The position numbers were made by a program, and so were the translations under genes. A stretch of 64,000 nt of DNA from Candidatus Bathyarchaeia archaeon (GTDB lineage Archaea; Thermoproteota; Bathyarchaeia; Bathyarchaeales; Bathycorpusculaceae): the NCBI GenBank assembly GCA_038883795.1, contig JAVZLK010000004.1:52795-116794 (forward strand), in the 5' to 3' direction. Positions 48,736 through 58,847 of this stretch are shown here, piece by piece (the stretch's first letter is position 1; each line of letters opens with the position of its first letter). Under the pieces are notes generated by a model that was not told the origin of the DNA, searched no databases, and saw nothing but the letters and a program-made list of their open reading frames with translations.

Positions 48736-49821
48736 TCATATAACCTCCGTAATTTTTGCAAGTTTTTCAAAATTTTCCCGTTTCCATTTAAGCTTGCTCA
48801 AAATCGTATATCTTTCTGGTCTTATGGATGCAGCTATCTCCAAAGCTTTCACAATATCTTCCTTTTCCACTCCAAGCTCTTCAGCGTTTGTTGGTGCGCC
48901 CAGCTTTTTCAGTGTCTTCTTAACGCCTTTCCAGTTTATCTTGTGAAGGTAAGCCATCATTATTGTGCCCACTCCGCATTGTTCTCCGTGCATGGCATGC
49001 TTGGTGGCTGTAATATCGAGGGCGTGGCTGAAGAGGTGTTCTGAACCGCTGCAGGGGCGGCTGCTTCCGGCGATGCTCATTGAAACTCCACAGCTTATTA
49101 GGGCTTCTATTAAAACCCGTAAACCTTCCTCGTTTTTTGATTTTATTAGGTCTGCGTTTTGCATCACGAGTTTTGCACTCATTAAGGCGAGGCTTGCAGC
49201 ATAACTTCCATAATACTCATCATTTTCTTTGTACGCCAGTCTCCAATCTCTTACGGCTGTTAATTTTGCAATTACGTCTCCGCAGCCGCTTATGGCGAAG
49301 CGCCAAGGCGCCTGCATTATTATGTCTGTGTCGGCTATGATGGCTATTGGTGCTTGAGCTAAGACGGAATAGGGCTTTTCTAAGCCTTTCACTGAGGATA
49401 GGGGGCTTGCAATTCCGTCGTGGGATGCTGTTGTTGGAACGCTAATGAATGGTATTTCTTGTCTTGCGGAGCTTAATTTTGCGACATCTATTTTTGTGCC
49501 TCCGCCGACCCCAAAAACAACTTGAGGCTTTAAAGCCTTTATTTTTTCTTCAACAACTTCTAAATCCTTGACTGTGGCAGATTCTACAAGGAATGTGTCA
49601 ACTTTTATTCCATCCTTTTCAAGGAGTCCTTTTACGGTTTTTCCTGCAATGTCGTATGTTTTAGCGCCAGCAATTATTAGTGCTGATTTTGTGAATCCTA
49701 ACTTTTTTGAAATGTCGGCTGCACATTCTATTGTGCCGTTTCCTACAACTACTTCCCTTGGAAGTTGCATGCGATGGTGTTTTAAAGTCAAACCAACCAC
49801 ATTTATGGCTTTAACCTTCAT
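48736..49821 (-). CDS. egsA: sn-Glycerol-1-phosphate dehydrogenase
   Basis: GGGTKIDVAK, PTTASHDG, SRPCSGSEHLFSH, HGEQCG. Confidence 0.95.
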   Translation of the reverse strand: MKVKAINVVGLTLKHHRMQLPREVVVGNGTIECAADISKKLGFTKSALIIAGAKTYDIAGKTVKGLLEKDGIKVDTFLVESATVKDLEVVEEKIKALKPQVVFGVGGGTKIDVAKLSSARQEIPFISVPTTASHDGIASPLSSVKGLEKPYSVLAQAPIAIIADTDIIMQAPWRFAISGCGDVIAKLTAVRDWRLAYKENDEYYGSYAASLALMSAKLVMQNADLIKSKNEEGLRVLIEALISCGVSMSIAGSSRPCSGSEHLFSHALDITATKHAMHGEQCGVGTIMMAYLHKINWKGVKKTLKKLGAPTNAEELGVEKEDIVKALEIAASIRPERYTILSKLKWKRENFEKLAKITEVI

Positions 49822-49957
49822 TATGTTTCTCGGTTTTCATGTTTAAGTCTTGCCTTTTCTAAACCGCAATGTTAATAAATGTCATGGTTATGATTAAATG
49901 ATGCTACTTCCTAGCGAAGTAAAACCGCGATATATTTAGGTTTTAGGGGAAATTAGA

Positions 49958-50596
49958 ATGGCACATAAAGATATAGCCAATCAATTGATGCTAAAGGGGA
50001 CAACAACCATAGGCGTCGTATGCAAAGACGGCGTTATACTAGCCTCAGACACCCGCGTAACCATGGGTTTTTATGTGGCTCATAAGCATGGGAAAAAAGT
50101 ATATAAAATAGACGATCATTTAGCCATGACCATTTCTGGGTCTGTGGCTGATGCGCAGAGGACTGTTGATATTTTAACGGCGAATGCGCAGCTATACAAA
50201 ATTAGCATGGGTAGACCCTTACCAGTAAGTTCTGCTGCAAGGTTGGTGGCAAACCTTCTGTTTTCATCACGCTATGCGCCTCTGCTTACGCAAGTTCTTG
50301 TGGGCGGCGTGGATGACACCGGACCTCACGTTTATTCCTTAGATCCCTTTGGAAGTTTAACAGAAGAGAAATGTGTTGCCACTGGTTCTGGTTCGCCAAT
50401 AGCTTATGGTGTCTTAGAAGACAAGTATAAGGAGGACATGTCTGTGGCTGAACTTTTGCCAATAATTGTTAAGGCTGTTAGTTCGGCTATGAAGCGGGAT
50501 GCGGCAAGCGGCGACAGTTTTAATGTTGCAGTAATAGATGAGAAAGGTTATCGCGAATTAGGTGATAAGGAGAAAGAAAAACTTCTAACAGATTAA
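49958..50596 (+). CDS. psmB: Proteasome beta subunit
   Basis: KG|TTTIG propeptide cleavage, GSVADAQ, GSGSP, RDAASG. Confidence 0.96.
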   Translation: MAHKDIANQLMLKGTTTIGVVCKDGVILASDTRVTMGFYVAHKHGKKVYKIDDHLAMTISGSVADAQRTVDILTANAQLYKISMGRPLPVSSAARLVANLLFSSRYAPLLTQVLVGGVDDTGPHVYSLDPFGSLTEEKCVATGSGSPIAYGVLEDKYKEDMSVAELLPIIVKAVSSAMKRDAASGDSFNVAVIDEKGYRELGDKEKEKLLTD

Positions 50597-50610
50597 GGGA
50601 AGTTAAAATC

Positions 50611-52530
50611 GTGACGCCTAACACTGAAAAGGATAAGGTGGAAATAAGCCATTATATTCTAGAGCATGTGCCAAAAGAGGCTGAAGTGACAAGAATAGAA
50701 TATGAAGGACCAGCCCTCGCAGTTTACACTAAAAGACCAGAAATACTTGTCGAACAAAGCAGCACCATAGCCGACATAGTCAGCATCATAAGAAAAAGAA
50801 TTGTTGTGCGCTCAGACCCATCCGTAAGGCTTCAAGAAAATGAGGCTGAAAGAATTGCAAGGGAAATAATACCCGCCGAAGCTGAAGTTACAGACATAAA
50901 TTTTGACCCAAGCCTCGGAGAAATAATAATTGAAGCAAAAAAGCCTGGACTGGTCATTGGAAAGAACGGGGCAGTTTTGCAGGAAATTATTAGGCGCACT
51001 AAGTGGCGCCCCCACGTTCTGCGAAGCCCTCCACTGCGGTCAAAGATTGTGGCTCACATGCGCCATTATCTGCATTCTGAAAGCAAGGAAAGAGAGCAAA
51101 TCCTTCGAACTGTAGGCGAGAGAATCTTTAGACCAAAAATTTACGAGGTTGGAGACATTAGAATTACAGCTTTAGGCGGAGTCCAAGAGGTTGGACGCTC
51201 AGCCTTTCTTGTCCAGACAAGGGAAAGCAGTGTACTTTTGGATTGTGGAATAAACCCTGGCTCCTCCAGACCTTTTGAGGCTTTTCCAAGGTTTGACGAT
51301 CCAGTTTTTGAGCTTGATTCTTTGGATGCTGTTGTTATAACCCATGCGCATCTTGACCATTGTGGCCTTGTGCCTTTCCTTTATAAGTATGGTTATGATG
51401 GTCCGGTTTACTGTTCTTCTCCAACTTCAAACTTGATGACTTTGCTTCAGTTGGATTATTTGGATGTAGCCAGCAAACAGGGCATTATAGCACCTTACGA
51501 CCAGAAGGATGTCCGCGAATGCGTTTTGCATACGATTCCACTTCGCTATGGCGTTGTAACCGACATTGCTCCAGACATTCGCCTAACCCTTCACAATGCT
51601 GGGCACATTCTCGGCTCTTCTATGGCTCACTTGCACATAGGCGAAGGTTTACATAACATTGTCTATACTGGCGATTACAAATATGGAAGAACCATGCTTT
51701 TGGAGGCTGCTGCAACAGAATTTCCAAGGGTTGAAACAGTAATAACCGAAAGCACCTACGGCGGCGCAGATGATGTCATGCCCTCGCGGGTTGAGGCTGA
51801 AGAGCGTTTAACTGCTATTATAAACGAAACTTTGGAGCGTAGAGGCAAGGTTTTGATTCCTGTTCCAGCTGTTGGAAGGGCTCAGGAAATAATGCTTATT
51901 ATTGATGGTTACATGCGTCGAGGTTTGATGAAGGAGGCGCCAGTTTTTATTGAAGGCATGATTTCTGAGGCCACAGCCATCCACACAGCTTATCCAGAAT
52001 ATTTGGGAAGGGAAGTGCGCCACAGCATATTGCATGATGGAGTTAACCCCTTCCAATCAGACTATTTCACGGTTGTTGAACATCCAAACGTTAGACAAGA
52101 CATTATTGATGGTGAACCATGCATTATTATGGCTACTTCTGGCATGCTTGAGGGCGGGCCAGTAATAGAATATTTCAAAAGCTTGGCTGAAAACGAAAAC
52201 AACACAATAATATTTGTTAGCTATCAAATTGAGGGCACCCTTGGAAGGCGTGTGCAGAAAGGCTTAACCGAAGTTGCAATGATGAACAGCGAAGGCAAAA
52301 TGGACATTGTAAAGGTCAAATTGCGTGTGGAATCCATTGAAGGCTTTTCCGGACATTCAGACAGACGACAAATAATCAACTACATAACCAACCTAAAGCC
52401 CAAACCAGAAAGAGTTATTGTTTGCCACGGCGAAAGAGCCAAATGCCTAAGCATGGCAAATTTCATCCAAAAGAGATGCGGAATCCAAGCGCTTGCGCCG
52501 GCAATAATGGAAACATTTAGGTTACTATAG
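50611..52530 (+). CDS. fttA: Beta-CASP ribonuclease aCPSF1 / termination factor FttA
   Basis: N-terminal KH (KPGLVIGKNG), HAHLDHCG, AGHILGS, GFSGHSD; follows psmB. Confidence 0.95.
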   Translation: MTPNTEKDKVEISHYILEHVPKEAEVTRIEYEGPALAVYTKRPEILVEQSSTIADIVSIIRKRIVVRSDPSVRLQENEAERIAREIIPAEAEVTDINFDPSLGEIIIEAKKPGLVIGKNGAVLQEIIRRTKWRPHVLRSPPLRSKIVAHMRHYLHSESKEREQILRTVGERIFRPKIYEVGDIRITALGGVQEVGRSAFLVQTRESSVLLDCGINPGSSRPFEAFPRFDDPVFELDSLDAVVITHAHLDHCGLVPFLYKYGYDGPVYCSSPTSNLMTLLQLDYLDVASKQGIIAPYDQKDVRECVLHTIPLRYGVVTDIAPDIRLTLHNAGHILGSSMAHLHIGEGLHNIVYTGDYKYGRTMLLEAAATEFPRVETVITESTYGGADDVMPSRVEAEERLTAIINETLERRGKVLIPVPAVGRAQEIMLIIDGYMRRGLMKEAPVFIEGMISEATAIHTAYPEYLGREVRHSILHDGVNPFQSDYFTVVEHPNVRQDIIDGEPCIIMATSGMLEGGPVIEYFKSLAENENNTIIFVSYQIEGTLGRRVQKGLTEVAMMNSEGKMDIVKVKLRVESIEGFSGHSDRRQIINYITNLKPKPERVIVCHGERAKCLSMANFIQKRCGIQALAPAIMETFRLL

Positions 52531-52556
52531 GCGCAAAGATAATACGTGATGGAATA

Positions 52557-53006
52557 ATGAAAAGAGCGATAATTATTTATGACACGAAGTTTGGCAATAC
52601 TGAAAAAGTTGCCAAAGCTTTAGCTCTTGGCATGGAAAAGGGAGGGATTAAGGTTGATTGTGTTAAAGTTAATGAAATTGATGTTAATAGACTGGTGGAC
52701 TATGATTTTCTGGCTTTTGGCGCACCCACCCATGCCTTTGGCATATCCAAACCCATGGAAGTCTTTCTTGAAAAATTAAAAAGCGTTAACCTTAAAGGCA
52801 AGAAAGCATTTGCCTTCGACACCAAATTTAAGTCTCTGTTGGCGGGAAGCGCAGCAAAGGGAATTGAGAAAAAGTTGAAAGGATTTGGAATGAATATTGT
52901 TGAGCCCCATACGTCAGCCATAGTCAAGGGTTCAAAGGGACCACTTACAGAAGGCATGGAGGAGACATTTGAAAAAATTGGCTTTGAGATTGCACCGTTA
53001 ATTTAG
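52557..53006 (+). CDS. Flavodoxin-domain protein
   Basis: YDTKFGNTEKVA, GAPTH, FAFDT. Confidence 0.85.
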   Translation: MKRAIIIYDTKFGNTEKVAKALALGMEKGGIKVDCVKVNEIDVNRLVDYDFLAFGAPTHAFGISKPMEVFLEKLKSVNLKGKKAFAFDTKFKSLLAGSAAKGIEKKLKGFGMNIVEPHTSAIVKGSKGPLTEGMEETFEKIGFEIAPLI

Positions 53007-53362
53007 GCTGCTGTTGGTATCGGTTCATTTGTTACTGGCGTTTTCTCTCGCCAAATCCTCACGCCAGATGGGCATATCACCACTCTTTCTTCGCCTAATC
53101 TTGCAATATCTCCGCCCACAGTTTCAGCAAACTCGCATAATTCGTTAACAGCCCTTTTGACGTCGTCTATGCTTTTGTTCGCTAAAGGCGTTATTCTAAG
53201 AATGAGGATATTTCCAGATTTCACCTCGTTTTTAATAGAATCTAAATCTGACAAATCGCGGAGAGGCATAGCCTTTAAGTATGTTTTGCCGGGAATACCT
53301 TTGGCTTCTATTTCTTTTTCAGTTTTTTTGGACTTGCGGAATATGTCGCTTAAACCCGGCAA
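53003..53362 (-). CDS. sepF: Cell division protein SepF (archaeal type)
   Basis: GNILILRI, GGDIARLGE, VVICPSGVRI. Confidence 0.85.
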   Translation of the reverse strand: MPGLSDIFRKSKKTEKEIEAKGIPGKTYLKAMPLRDLSDLDSIKNEVKSGNILILRITPLANKSIDDVKRAVNELCEFAETVGGDIARLGEERVVICPSGVRIWREKTPVTNEPIPTAA

Positions 53363-53480
53363 ACTTCTCCTCTCAACTCTATTATTTTGCTTTTTAACAG
53401 TTTAAGTGTTTCCTAATTTCACGTCTGGATTCTTAATAAGAATTTGGTATTAAAACATTTTATGAATTCAAAATACAGAT

Positions 53481-53987
53481 TCACAGTTTCTTTATGAAAT
53501 TCCAAATTTTGTCGCCAGTGAAGTGAACATTTTTAACAACGACTCCTTGCTTAGTTTTTTCGGCTTCGTCTCCGCCAAATAATGCTTCGCCCACAGCCAA
53601 AGGTTTGCCATACTTCTCATCAACAACGAGAACGAAATCCCCCCTTCCAAATTTCCCTTCAAAACGCACTATTCCAGGCGCCATCACATCTGCGCCTTTG
53701 CAAATGTGGGGAACTGCTCCCATGTCAACAACAACTTTTGCGGCGGAATTTAAAAATTCGTTAAAAACGAGGGTTGGAAAGATTTTCTCTTCAACTTTAG
53801 CTAATATTGGTTTGTTGTTGAATAGGTATATTTCAGTAAATTCTGTTTCTACGATCTCTACTTTAATTTTAGAACTTAAAATTTGCCTTAAATCAACCCT
53901 AAGCCTTTCTGAAATTTTGTTTAAGAGGAGTTTTGCCTCTTTATCCTTCAAGAAATATCTTCTATATTTTTCTGGCATCTGCTGCAT
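53481..53987 (-). CDS. Pre-PUA/PUA domain RNA-binding protein (MCT-1/DUF1947-like)
   Basis: FPTL, VVDMGAVPHICKGADVMAPGI, HFTGDKIW. Confidence 0.88.
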   Translation of the reverse strand: MQQMPEKYRRYFLKDKEAKLLLNKISERLRVDLRQILSSKIKVEIVETEFTEIYLFNNKPILAKVEEKIFPTLVFNEFLNSAAKVVVDMGAVPHICKGADVMAPGIVRFEGKFGRGDFVLVVDEKYGKPLAVGEALFGGDEAEKTKQGVVVKNVHFTGDKIWNFIKKL

Positions 53988-54055
53988 CCTTTTAGATAGG
54001 TTTAAATGGTATAAGTTTAAGTATAAAAAGCATAAAGTCTAATTGGGGTTCCAAA

Positions 54056-54283
54056 ATGAGCGAAATGACAACAGAAATTCTTGAACAAAACCTTGGAAAA
54101 ATAGTTCTCGTGCGCCTTAAGGGTGGAAAAAGCCTTAGGGGGAGACTGAAAGGCTTTGACCAACATCTAAACCTTGTTTTGGAAGAGACAGAAGACACTA
54201 CAAACGCTGAGAACGTGAAAAAACTTGGTTTAATAATAGTTCGAGGAGATAACGTGGTTCTGATTTCGCCACCGCCTAGGTGA
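54056..54283 (+). CDS. Sm-like archaeal protein (SmAP/Lsm)
   Basis: GRLKGFDQHLNLVL, IIVRGDNV; upstream of rpl37e. Confidence 0.95.
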   Translation: MSEMTTEILEQNLGKIVLVRLKGGKSLRGRLKGFDQHLNLVLEETEDTTNAENVKKLGLIIVRGDNVVLISPPPR

Positions 54284-54288
54284 AAACT

Positions 54289-54477
54289 TTGGGAAAGGGA
54301 ACACCATCCTTTGGAAAACGGGCTGGAAAAACCCTCCACATCCGTTGTAGACGGTGTGGAAGAAGAGCTTACAACGTAGCAAAGAAACAATGCGCGGCTT
54401 GCGGTTATGGAAAAACAACAACCATTAAAACCTATTCTTGGCGAACAAGAAATCTTCACAGAGAAAGACTACGTTAA
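54289..54477 (+). CDS. rpl37e: 50S ribosomal protein L37e
   Basis: GKGTPSFGKR, CRRCG, CAACGY; start at TTG 54289. Confidence 0.96.
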   Translation: MGKGTPSFGKRAGKTLHIRCRRCGRRAYNVAKKQCAACGYGKTTTIKTYSWRTRNLHRERLR

Positions 54478-54490
54478 AAGACTTTTTCCT

Positions 54491-55135
54491 TTATACGGAT
54501 TCGGTTCTATAATAGCCCTTGTCAATTTTGACGTAAATTAATGGACCCTTGCTTCTGGCAAGCTCTCTTGCTTTTCTTAAAGAAGTGTTGACTATGCGCA
54601 CTGCTTGCTCTTCTTCGCTTGTGTAGTTTCCCTTTTTCTCGCCAAGCTCCATTTTTAGAAGGTTCTCCGCCAAGATTGATGTGCCGCAGATTTCTCCATT
54701 CTTTATAAGCGTGTAGATTACCACTTCTTGCATTTCTTGGCGATTTGGAAGTCTCCTCCATAGGGGTTCTGCATTAGCAAGAATTTTTGTAACCCTGTCC
54801 CACCTGTTAGAGTTTTCGTTGCCTATAAGCAGTTTTACCCTTTCCTTCCATTTTTTGAACCATATCTTTGTCCAGATGTCCAAGAATTCCTGCAACTCGT
54901 TTGGGTTTTCGTTGAAAAATTTTTCCAGATTCTCCACTATTTCGCATTCGTTTGCCTCTCTTCCAACAAGGTTCCAGTGGAATTTGAGATAATTCGTTAA
55001 GTCTTGGCATGCTATTTGAAGCACTTTTCTGTCTGAACCGAAAACTTCCAGTGTAGGGTTTATTTCTTTAAGCTTGTCAGCCAATAATGTTTCTATGAAA
55101 TTCATTAGTGTTCCCTGCTGAAGCCTTCTCCACAT
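54491..55135 (-). CDS. Hypothetical protein
   Basis: 214-aa ORF filling the gap between rpl37e and the HAD gene; no motif recognised. Confidence 0.7.
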   Translation of the reverse strand: MWRRLQQGTLMNFIETLLADKLKEINPTLEVFGSDRKVLQIACQDLTNYLKFHWNLVGREANECEIVENLEKFFNENPNELQEFLDIWTKIWFKKWKERVKLLIGNENSNRWDRVTKILANAEPLWRRLPNRQEMQEVVIYTLIKNGEICGTSILAENLLKMELGEKKGNYTSEEEQAVRIVNTSLRKARELARSKGPLIYVKIDKGYYRTESV

Positions 55136-55249
55136 TATGTTAAGGCTGAGCCTTTAATTAAGCTTTATTTATGGTTGCTTCTATAACTTTTTTCGATAAT
55201 TTTCAGCTATATTTCAATTTCAGAAATATTTAAAAGCCAATTTAAACGG

Positions 55250-55909
55250 CTATTCGAGAAAATCTGGAAGCATATTGACGCTTTCAAGAATTAAATCTGG
55301 TTTTTCCCTTTCCAATTCTTCACGGGAGAAAATTCCAGACAAAACCGCAACTGTCTTGGCTCCAGCACTCTTTCCAGCTTTTATATCCGCCACAGAATCT
55401 CCAACAACCAAGCATTCACATGGTTGAACACCCAACTTTTTTGCACATTTTATCAGTGCTTCAGGTGAAGGTTTAGGCGTATGCGTATCAAGGGCTGTAA
55501 TTACATGTTTAAAGTATTTTGCCAAGCCAAAACTTTCCAACTCTTTTATGACATTTTCTTTTGGAACATAACGCATTGTAATTAACGCTAACGCAACCCT
55601 TCTCGAAAGTTTTGTAAGCGTATCCTCAATTTTTGGCATAGGCTTGGTTTTTGCTGCTGTGGCTCTATAGTAAGCGTTAAGGTATAAGTCCAAAAACTTT
55701 CTTGTGTCTATTCCCGTCATTAAATCGTTTATTGGAAGGTTCTGCTCAAGCCTCTTTGGAATCTCCATAGCAACTTTATCTGTGGCAACTTTCTGTCCCA
55801 AAGCTGAAAGAGCGATTTCCACAGCTTCCCTATACGCATCTTTTGAATCCACTATTGTGCCATCCAAGTCTAAGAGTATGCCCTTAACCTTAAGCTTCTT
55901 TTTCGCCAT
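55250..55909 (-). CDS. HAD-superfamily hydrolase
   Basis: DLDGTIVDS, KPSP, VGDSVADI. Confidence 0.9.
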   Translation of the reverse strand: MAKKKLKVKGILLDLDGTIVDSKDAYREAVEIALSALGQKVATDKVAMEIPKRLEQNLPINDLMTGIDTRKFLDLYLNAYYRATAAKTKPMPKIEDTLTKLSRRVALALITMRYVPKENVIKELESFGLAKYFKHVITALDTHTPKPSPEALIKCAKKLGVQPCECLVVGDSVADIKAGKSAGAKTVAVLSGIFSREELEREKPDLILESVNMLPDFLE

Positions 55910-56148
55910 TTCAGCTCTCTTCTGTTATCATTACTTTTGCCTTCTCAATAAGCTTTGTTAATCAAATTCTGATGGGATATAATCTAAAAATCTAGAGAGG
56001 GGGCTATCAATTTTGGTTGTGTGGCAAGCCTAAAATTGACCAGACAAATAAATCAGGAAGCATTCGTCGATAAGTTTTTATTTGTGGTTATTTGTCTAAG
56101 GTAAACACCAACAAAACAGTTAACGGTAAAATCCTTCAGGAATGATAA

Positions 56149-56460
56149 GTGATGGCTAGAAAAGCAAGGATACGCCTAACAAGCACAGATTACAAAAAAT
56201 TAGAAGAGGTATGTGAGGAACTGAAGGCCATCGCCCAAAAAACAGGCGTCAAAATGAATGGGCCCGTTCCATTGCCAACAAAAAGGTTGCGGGTTCCAGT
56301 TTTGAAATCACCATGCGGCGAAGGAACCCAAACTTGGGATAGGTGGGAGATGCGTATTCACAAGCGTCTTATAGATATTGATGCTGAGGAGCGAGTTATG
56401 CGGCGTATTATGCGGATTAGGGTTCCGGAAGAAGTGCATGTAACCATAGAACTGGTTTAG
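56149..56460 (+). CDS. rps10: 30S ribosomal protein S10
   Basis: [30 protein letters not shown]. Confidence 0.97.
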   Translation: MMARKARIRLTSTDYKKLEEVCEELKAIAQKTGVKMNGPVPLPTKRLRVPVLKSPCGEGTQTWDRWEMRIHKRLIDIDAEERVMRRIMRIRVPEEVHVTIELV

Positions 56461-56466
56461 GTTATA

Positions 56467-56712
56467 CTATTTTTTCCATTTGAAAAGTGGGCATTCCATG
56501 CATTTTTCCAGAATTTCTAAACCTTTCGTGGTTGTTTTATAACGGTTTTGCTTATCCAATTCCAGCAGTCCTCTCTGTGTAAGTGCGCTCAAATATTGTT
56601 TAGCCTGCAAATATGAGAGACCAACATCCCGCATTAGCTCTGTCTTTCTTTTTCCAGAGGTTGCCTTCCTCAATATTTCCATGGTAATGTCATGCCTATC
56701 TCTATTAACCAT
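56467..56712 (-). CDS. Small winged-helix transcriptional regulator
   Basis: RDRHDITMEIL, KTELMRDVGLSY, YKTTTKGLE. Confidence 0.82.
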   Translation of the reverse strand: MVNRDRHDITMEILRKATSGKRKTELMRDVGLSYLQAKQYLSALTQRGLLELDKQNRYKTTTKGLEILEKCMECPLFKWKK

Positions 56713-56737
56713 CCAAACCCATCAAAAATTGTTTTAA

Positions 56738-57544
56738 TTAAAATATAAGCTTGTAGGAAATCAAAGTTAAAACCAAACTTGCCGTAAAAGCTGAAGCCCA
56801 AACCCTCTTATTCCACAAGAAAATCTTGAATCCATCAAGAATTCCAAAGGGGATTAAGTTAAAAATGGCTATGGAAGCGTTTATGAAAGCCAAAGGCATC
56901 AAAATTGGATGTTGAACCAGAAAAGCTAAGCATAACAGCAAACTTGCTAAAGCAATATTTGTTGCTGGTCCTGCAATGGATATTTCCCCTATACTCTTTT
57001 TGTCGCCGAATCCAGATATCATAACGGCGCCTGGTGTTATTATCTTGAAAATTGAGAATATGGAAAGCAGCGTTAAAATTGCTCCGAAAATTGTCAGTCT
57101 AAATTCCGCCCACAAATTTTCTCTCTGGGCGACTATTTTGTGGGCTATTTCGTGGGCTAAAAAGGATATGGTGAAAGCTAATGCAAATATGACAAGTATA
57201 AGGGGTTCTCCCATTCCCAAATAGGGTACAAATATTCCCGCGGACAGTCCTATGCCAAAAACCAGTAACGCGGCAATTGTCAAATGTTTAACTTCTTTGG
57301 CGCTGAAGTACACTTTTCTTTGTGTTGTTTGAACTGGCAAATAGGTGACTGCGTACTCATAGGATTTTTGTTTTTGAATTATTGGCATACGTGTTTCTTC
57401 TTTTGGAGCCCGTGCCAATTCCATGTTTGGGCATTGATGCGCTTCTGGAAGGCGGTGTTCTGGACAGAAATAGCCTCCACAATATGGACACCTAAAAGGT
57501 AAGAAAACTTCTTGTTGACATTTTTGACATTTCATTTTGCGCAC
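56738..57544 (-). CDS. AN1-type zinc finger fused to M50 (site-2) intramembrane metalloprotease
   Basis: CQKC...FRCPYCGGYFCPEHRLPEAHQC; HEIAH, AGP, FNLIPFGILDG. Confidence 0.85.
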   Translation of the reverse strand: MRKMKCQKCQQEVFLPFRCPYCGGYFCPEHRLPEAHQCPNMELARAPKEETRMPIIQKQKSYEYAVTYLPVQTTQRKVYFSAKEVKHLTIAALLVFGIGLSAGIFVPYLGMGEPLILVIFALAFTISFLAHEIAHKIVAQRENLWAEFRLTIFGAILTLLSIFSIFKIITPGAVMISGFGDKKSIGEISIAGPATNIALASLLLCLAFLVQHPILMPLAFINASIAIFNLIPFGILDGFKIFLWNKRVWASAFTASLVLTLISYKLIF

Positions 57545-57632
57545 GTCTTTTGGGTTATGATGGTTTTGGTTGGTTTTATGTTTTTTGTTAATAAAGCTAA
57601 TAGGGTGTTAGGGGCATTAACAATTTGGTGGG

Positions 57633-58847
57633 ATGAAAAGGTTGAAGGCTTTCAGTTTTGTCCACGCCGCAGATTTGCATTTGGGCTATTCCCAGTATGG
57701 TTTAGAAGTTAGACGTGAAGACTTTGAAAAGGCTTTTCAAGAATTGGTTGACAAAACCATAGAGTTAAAACCAGACTTCATGATTATAGCTGGCGATTTA
57801 TTCCACAACGCTCGCCCATCAAATGTCACATTGGAGAATGCCATCAGAAACTTTGGTCGCTTAAGAGAGGTCGGCATTCCAGTTTTAACCGTTGATGGTT
57901 CCCATGATTCTGCTCCAAACATTGTGACTGGAACAATATTGAATCCCTTGGATAGTGCTGGACTAATTTATCATCTGCCAAGACATGAGGGAGCATGCTG
58001 GAAAAAGCCAGATTGCTGTTATGTTTATGGCGTTCCAAACTTTAGAACCAGACGCAAAACCGAGGAGTTGCTTCCAGCCTTTATGGAGCAAAACAAGCCA
58101 GCGCCAGACCCGATGCTTTTTAACATTTTTGTTTTCCACATGGCTTTAGACCTTCAAAATGTTAAACCGCCATACATGGAAGCTGAGGCTTCGCCAGAAC
58201 TTATACCAGAAGGCTTCAACTATTATGCTGCTGGACACGTGCACACGCCATACGTGGAAAATTTTAAGAGTGGACTTTTAGTTTACAGCGGCTGCACAGA
58301 AACAGTCAACTATGACGAAGCCAAAATCAAGAAAGGCTTCTATTACGTGAGGGTTGACGAAAACGGGAAAGTTTCACCCCAATTTATAGAGCTTCAGTCG
58401 CCCCGCAAATTCGTTGTTTTAGAACAAGACTTCACTGGTGTTACTCCATCAAAAATTACGGAATTAGCCATCCAAATGGTTAAGGAAGCAGACGAAGAAG
58501 GCGCAATCCTCATCCCAATATTGAAGGGAGGGCTCCCGGCAGAGGCAAGCCGAACAGAGGTGGACATAGCCCAAATTAGAAGCGCAGCTGAAAAAGCCTT
58601 GTTTGTGCATCCACTTGTTTTGTTGCGGGAAAGTGAGGTTTCAGAGGAAATCGTTCGTTCAATATTCGAAAGTGAACTGAAAGATTTGAAAACGAAAGCC
58701 TTCGAATATTTCATGCAAATTTTTTCTGAACGCTACAGCCGTGAAGAAGCCGAAAAAATAGCCCGTACAGCCATCCAGCTTATTGAACCATTAACCAAGA
58801 AGGAAGAGGAAAAAGTAAAACAAACCATAGAGGAGCTGCTGCAATGA
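57633..58847 (+). CDS. mre11: DNA double-strand break repair nuclease Mre11
   Basis: ADLHLG, AGDLFH, GSHD, FH, GHVH; overlaps rad50 start. Confidence 0.88.
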   Translation: MKRLKAFSFVHAADLHLGYSQYGLEVRREDFEKAFQELVDKTIELKPDFMIIAGDLFHNARPSNVTLENAIRNFGRLREVGIPVLTVDGSHDSAPNIVTGTILNPLDSAGLIYHLPRHEGACWKKPDCCYVYGVPNFRTRRKTEELLPAFMEQNKPAPDPMLFNIFVFHMALDLQNVKPPYMEAEASPELIPEGFNYYAAGHVHTPYVENFKSGLLVYSGCTETVNYDEAKIKKGFYYVRVDENGKVSPQFIELQSPRKFVVLEQDFTGVTPSKITELAIQMVKEADEEGAILIPILKGGLPAEASRTEVDIAQIRSAAEKALFVHPLVLLRESEVSEEIVRSIFESELKDLKTKAFEYFMQIFSERYSREEAEKIARTAIQLIEPLTKKEEEKVKQTIEELLQ

